A stretch of DNA of 42,931 bases from Acidimicrobiia bacterium (GTDB lineage: Bacteria > Actinomycetota > Acidimicrobiia > Spongiisociales > JAENVV01), in NCBI GenBank assembly GCA_041628225.1, contig JBFKPQ010000004.1, forward strand, positions 1 to 42,931. Reading direction: 5' to 3'. The translations under genes and the position numbers were made by a program. Shown here piece after piece: positions 40,335 to 42,931 of the stretch (the first letter of the stretch is position 1; every line of letters begins with the position of its first letter). The notes beneath the pieces are model-generated. The model saw nothing but the letters and a program-made list of their open reading frames with translations, was not told where the DNA came from and did no database searches.

Positions 40335-41284
40335 CACTCCACCGCCCCGAGCACGAGGGCCAGCAGTGCCATCCGCATGACGACGCCGTAGAACGCCTCG
40401 TCCCAATACCGGGCATGGCGTGTGTCGTCGACCTCGAGAGGCAGTTCGTCCATGCGGGGCAACGAGTGGAGCACGATGGCGTCGCGCTTGGCCTTGTGGA
40501 GCACCTCGCGGGTCACCCGGTAGTTGTCGGGCGTCGTGCCCACCGTCTCACCACGTTCGTCGCGCGACATCGTGTAGTCGGCTTGCACGACCGGCTCCAT
40601 GTAGATGACGTCGGCCTCGGCGATGACGTCCATGACGTGGTCGGCGACTCGGAAGCGGGTGTCTTTGGCCACGAGCTCCGCCCGGAACTCGTCGGTCATG
40701 CCCATCGATTCGGGTGCCACGTAGATGACCTCGGCGTCGAACTGACTGAGGGCGTAGCCGAGCGAGTGCATGGTGCGCATCCGCAGGTCGCCCACCGCCA
40801 GCCAGGTGGTGCCGTCGAGCGTGCCGCGCTCGCGGAGCACCGTGAAGAAGTCGGTGAGGATCTGCGTCGGATGCTCCCCCCAGCCGTCCCCGCCGTTGAT
40901 GATGGGAATCGACGCCCACTTCGCCACCTCGTGGGGCGCTCCCTGCTCGAAGTGGCGCATGACCGCCACATCGCCGTAGTACTCGAGCATGCGGGCGGTG
41001 TCTTTCAACGACTCCTGGTAGAAGTCCCCGGCCCGGGTCATCTTGGCGTCGGAGAAGCCGGTCACCCGGCCCCCGAGCCGCAGCATGGCGGATTCGTGGG
41101 CCAGCCGGGTCCGGGTCGAAGGCTGGTAGAACGCCGTGACCAGGATCTTCTCGGCCAGCAGTTCGATCGTCCGGCGGCGGCGAGCCACCGGTTCGAACTC
41201 GGCCGCCACATCGAACACGTGGAAGAACTCCGACCGTTCAAAGTCCTTGAGAGACAGGATGTCTCGGCCAACGAAGCTGCGCAT
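40334..41284 (-). CDS. Aspartate-carbamoyltransferase-like protein with remodelled acceptor site
   Basis: PSTRT, MRH, NGGDG.GEHPTQ, VGDL..RTMHSL, HSLPR; lacks the KGE and RxQxER motifs; AGGAG SD. Confidence 0.88.
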   Translation of the reverse strand: MRSFVGRDILSLKDFERSEFFHVFDVAAEFEPVARRRRTIELLAEKILVTAFYQPSTRTRLAHESAMLRLGGRVTGFSDAKMTRAGDFYQESLKDTARMLEYYGDVAVMRHFEQGAPHEVAKWASIPIINGGDGWGEHPTQILTDFFTVLRERGTLDGTTWLAVGDLRMRTMHSLGYALSQFDAEVIYVAPESMGMTDEFRAELVAKDTRFRVADHVMDVIAEADVIYMEPVVQADYTMSRDERGETVGTTPDNYRVTREVLHKAKRDAIVLHSLPRMDELPLEVDDTRHARYWDEAFYGVVMRMALLALVLGAVE

Positions 41285-41361
41285 GTCGTACTCCTACGTC
41301 GTCGTGCGGCGAACTCCGCGGGCAGTGGTCAGCGGTCCGCCGGTCGACCTCCAGCAGATCA

Positions 41362-41399
41362 AATGGGTTCGGCAGCAACCAGCGGCCGAACGGCCCATT
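41362..41399 (-). other. Intergenic stem-loop after the deaminase gene
   Basis: Minus-strand AAUGGG-(CCG bulge)-UUCGGC-11-nt loop-GCCGAA-CCCAUU followed by UGAUCU. Confidence 0.45.
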
Positions 41400-41410
41400 C
41401 GAGTGGGACG

Positions 41411-42775
41411 TCACGAGATCAAGCTACGCGCCAGAGCTCGGTGCGTGGCGGCGTGGCGTTCCTCGTCGATATGGACGAGGCGTCCGTCGGCGACGACGCG
41501 CCGACCGCCGACGACCACATGCACCGCTCGCTGGGGAGCACAGAGGAGAAGCGCCGCGACGGGATCGGCGGCGCCGGCATGCTCGAGGCCGGAGATGTCG
41601 AACACGCCGACGTCGGCCGCCTTGCCGACTTCGATGGAGCCCACGTCGACGCGACCCAGAACGGCCGCACCACCGCGGGTGGCGAGTCGCAGCGCGGTGC
41701 GCGCCTCGAGCTGGGGTCCGCCGTCGCCCAACCCGGGTGCGGTGGCAAGACGCGCCAGCAGCATCGCCTGACGGGCTTCGGCGAGCAGGTGCGAGCCGTC
41801 GTTGGAGGCCGACCCGTCGACGCCCAGCCCCACAGGCACCCCATGGTCCAAGTAGGCGCGCAACGGTGCGATCCCCGACGCCAGGCGCATGTTGGAGGTC
41901 GGGCAATGCGCCACACCCGTCCCCGCGTGGGCCATCCTTCCGATCTCGGCGGCGACGACGTGCACGGCGTGCGCCCACCACACATCGTCGCCCACCCATC
42001 CCACCGACTCGGCGAACGCCACCGGTGGCCGACCGAACGTGGATCGGCAGTAGTCGTCCTCATCCGCGGTCTCGGCGAGATGTGTGTGCAGACGCACGCC
42101 ACGATCCCGAGCCAGTTCGGCGGCGGCGGCCATGAGTTGCGGGGACACGGAGAACGGTGAGCACGGAGCAACGACCACCTGCCGCATCGAGCCCCGCTCC
42201 GGATCATGGAACGCGTCGATCACCCGCTCGGTGTCGGCGAGGATGGCTTCCTCGTCCTCGACCACGGAGTCGGGCGGGAGTCCGCCGGCCGACTCGCCAA
42301 CCGACATCGAACCGCGTGAGCCATGGAAACGCAGACCGACCCGGGCGGCGGCCTCGAACTGGTCGTCGAGTCGCGAGCCGTTGGGCCACAGGTACTGGTG
42401 GTCGAACGCGGTCGTGCAACCCGACAGCGCCAGCTCGGCCAGGCCGGTGATGGTGGCGGTGGAGACGTGTTCGGGAGTGAGTCGAGACCAGATCGGATAG
42501 AGGGTGCGGAGCCAGTCGAACAGGCCGGCGTCCTGGGCGCCGGGCACGGCCCGCGTCAGCGTCTGATACAGATGGTGGTGCGTGTTGACGAGCCCCGGCA
42601 CGACGACGGCACCGGTGGCGTCGATGACGTCGTCGGCCGTGCCGGGCAGGTCGGTGGTGGCCCCGACCTGGGTGATCCACCCGTCTTCCGCGTACACACC
42701 ACCGTCGACGATCTCCGTCCCGGCGTCGTCCATCGTCGCCACCACGGCGGCATTGCGGACGAGGAGGGTGCTCAC
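41411..42775 (-). CDS. 8-oxoguanine-deaminase-like amidohydrolase
   Basis: [49 protein letters not shown]; GTG 42775 overlaps the upstream stop (GTGA). Confidence 0.9.
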   Translation of the reverse strand: MSTLLVRNAAVVATMDDAGTEIVDGGVYAEDGWITQVGATTDLPGTADDVIDATGAVVVPGLVNTHHHLYQTLTRAVPGAQDAGLFDWLRTLYPIWSRLTPEHVSTATITGLAELALSGCTTAFDHQYLWPNGSRLDDQFEAAARVGLRFHGSRGSMSVGESAGGLPPDSVVEDEEAILADTERVIDAFHDPERGSMRQVVVAPCSPFSVSPQLMAAAAELARDRGVRLHTHLAETADEDDYCRSTFGRPPVAFAESVGWVGDDVWWAHAVHVVAAEIGRMAHAGTGVAHCPTSNMRLASGIAPLRAYLDHGVPVGLGVDGSASNDGSHLLAEARQAMLLARLATAPGLGDGGPQLEARTALRLATRGGAAVLGRVDVGSIEVGKAADVGVFDISGLEHAGAADPVAALLLCAPQRAVHVVVGGRRVVADGRLVHIDEERHAATHRALARSLIS

Positions 42776-42931
42776 CGGTGGGCCCGCAGCGTGGCCAGCA
42801 CGTGGTCGGGGGTGAGGGGGAACCGATCGAACCACACACCGGTGGCGTCGTGGAGGGCGGCGGTCACCGCCGCCGCGTACGGGATGAACGGCATCTCGGC
42901 CATGCCGCGCGCTCCGAACGGACCGAGCGGG
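42772..42931 (-). CDS. Xanthine dehydrogenase-family molybdopterin-binding subunit, C-terminal fragment (runs off the window)
   Basis: Manual translation (not in ORF track): [52 protein letters not shown], matching the family GPFGAKGxGE...A..DATG.....P.TP terminus, including the catalytic Glu. Confidence 0.88.
   Translation of the reverse strand, partial: PLGPFGARGMAEMPFIPYAAAVTAALHDATGVWFDRFPLTPDHVLATLRAHR

Noticed and set aside
38408-41284. Arginine deiminase pathway or pyrimidine biosynthesis operon
   Set aside because: No arcA/arcD, pyrC/pyrI or carAB in the visible run, and both carbamoyltransferases lack the canonical ornithine or aspartate binding motifs.

Overview
High-GC, gene-dense bacterial window. 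Gene content and protein style suggest an actinobacterium, possibly Acidimicrobiia (inference, not verified). In order it holds: metG; a four-gene ABC-2-type exporter; nickel superoxide dismutase (sodN) with a divergent S26 maturation peptidase; a small Cys/His-rich ORF; ACT, DUF3048 and amidase genes; a 2-oxoacid:ferredoxin oxidoreductase pair; NUDIX, AlkD-like, lipoprotein and ABC-F genes; a lipoprotein GH57 amylopullulanase with a malEFG-like transporter; methyltransferase, MshB-like and DUF2087-like genes; a complete F1Fo ATP synthase operon preceded by a perfect Rex operator; a DUF2339-like gene; a PadR regulator divergent from modABC; and the 3' end of a probable purine-catabolic cluster. 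That cluster is the best candidate for an undescribed system. It links a xanthine-dehydrogenase-family Mo subunit, an 8-oxoguanine-deaminase-like amidohydrolase, two tandem non-canonical carbamoyltransferases and carbamate kinase. One carbamoyltransferase has an ATCase-like sequence but lacks aspartate beta-carboxylate-binding residues; the other is YgeW-like. Together they suggest ATP-yielding phosphorolysis of two different ureido groups. No rRNA, tRNA, CRISPR or mobile element was recognised. All family calls come from motif recognition by eye, with no database search.
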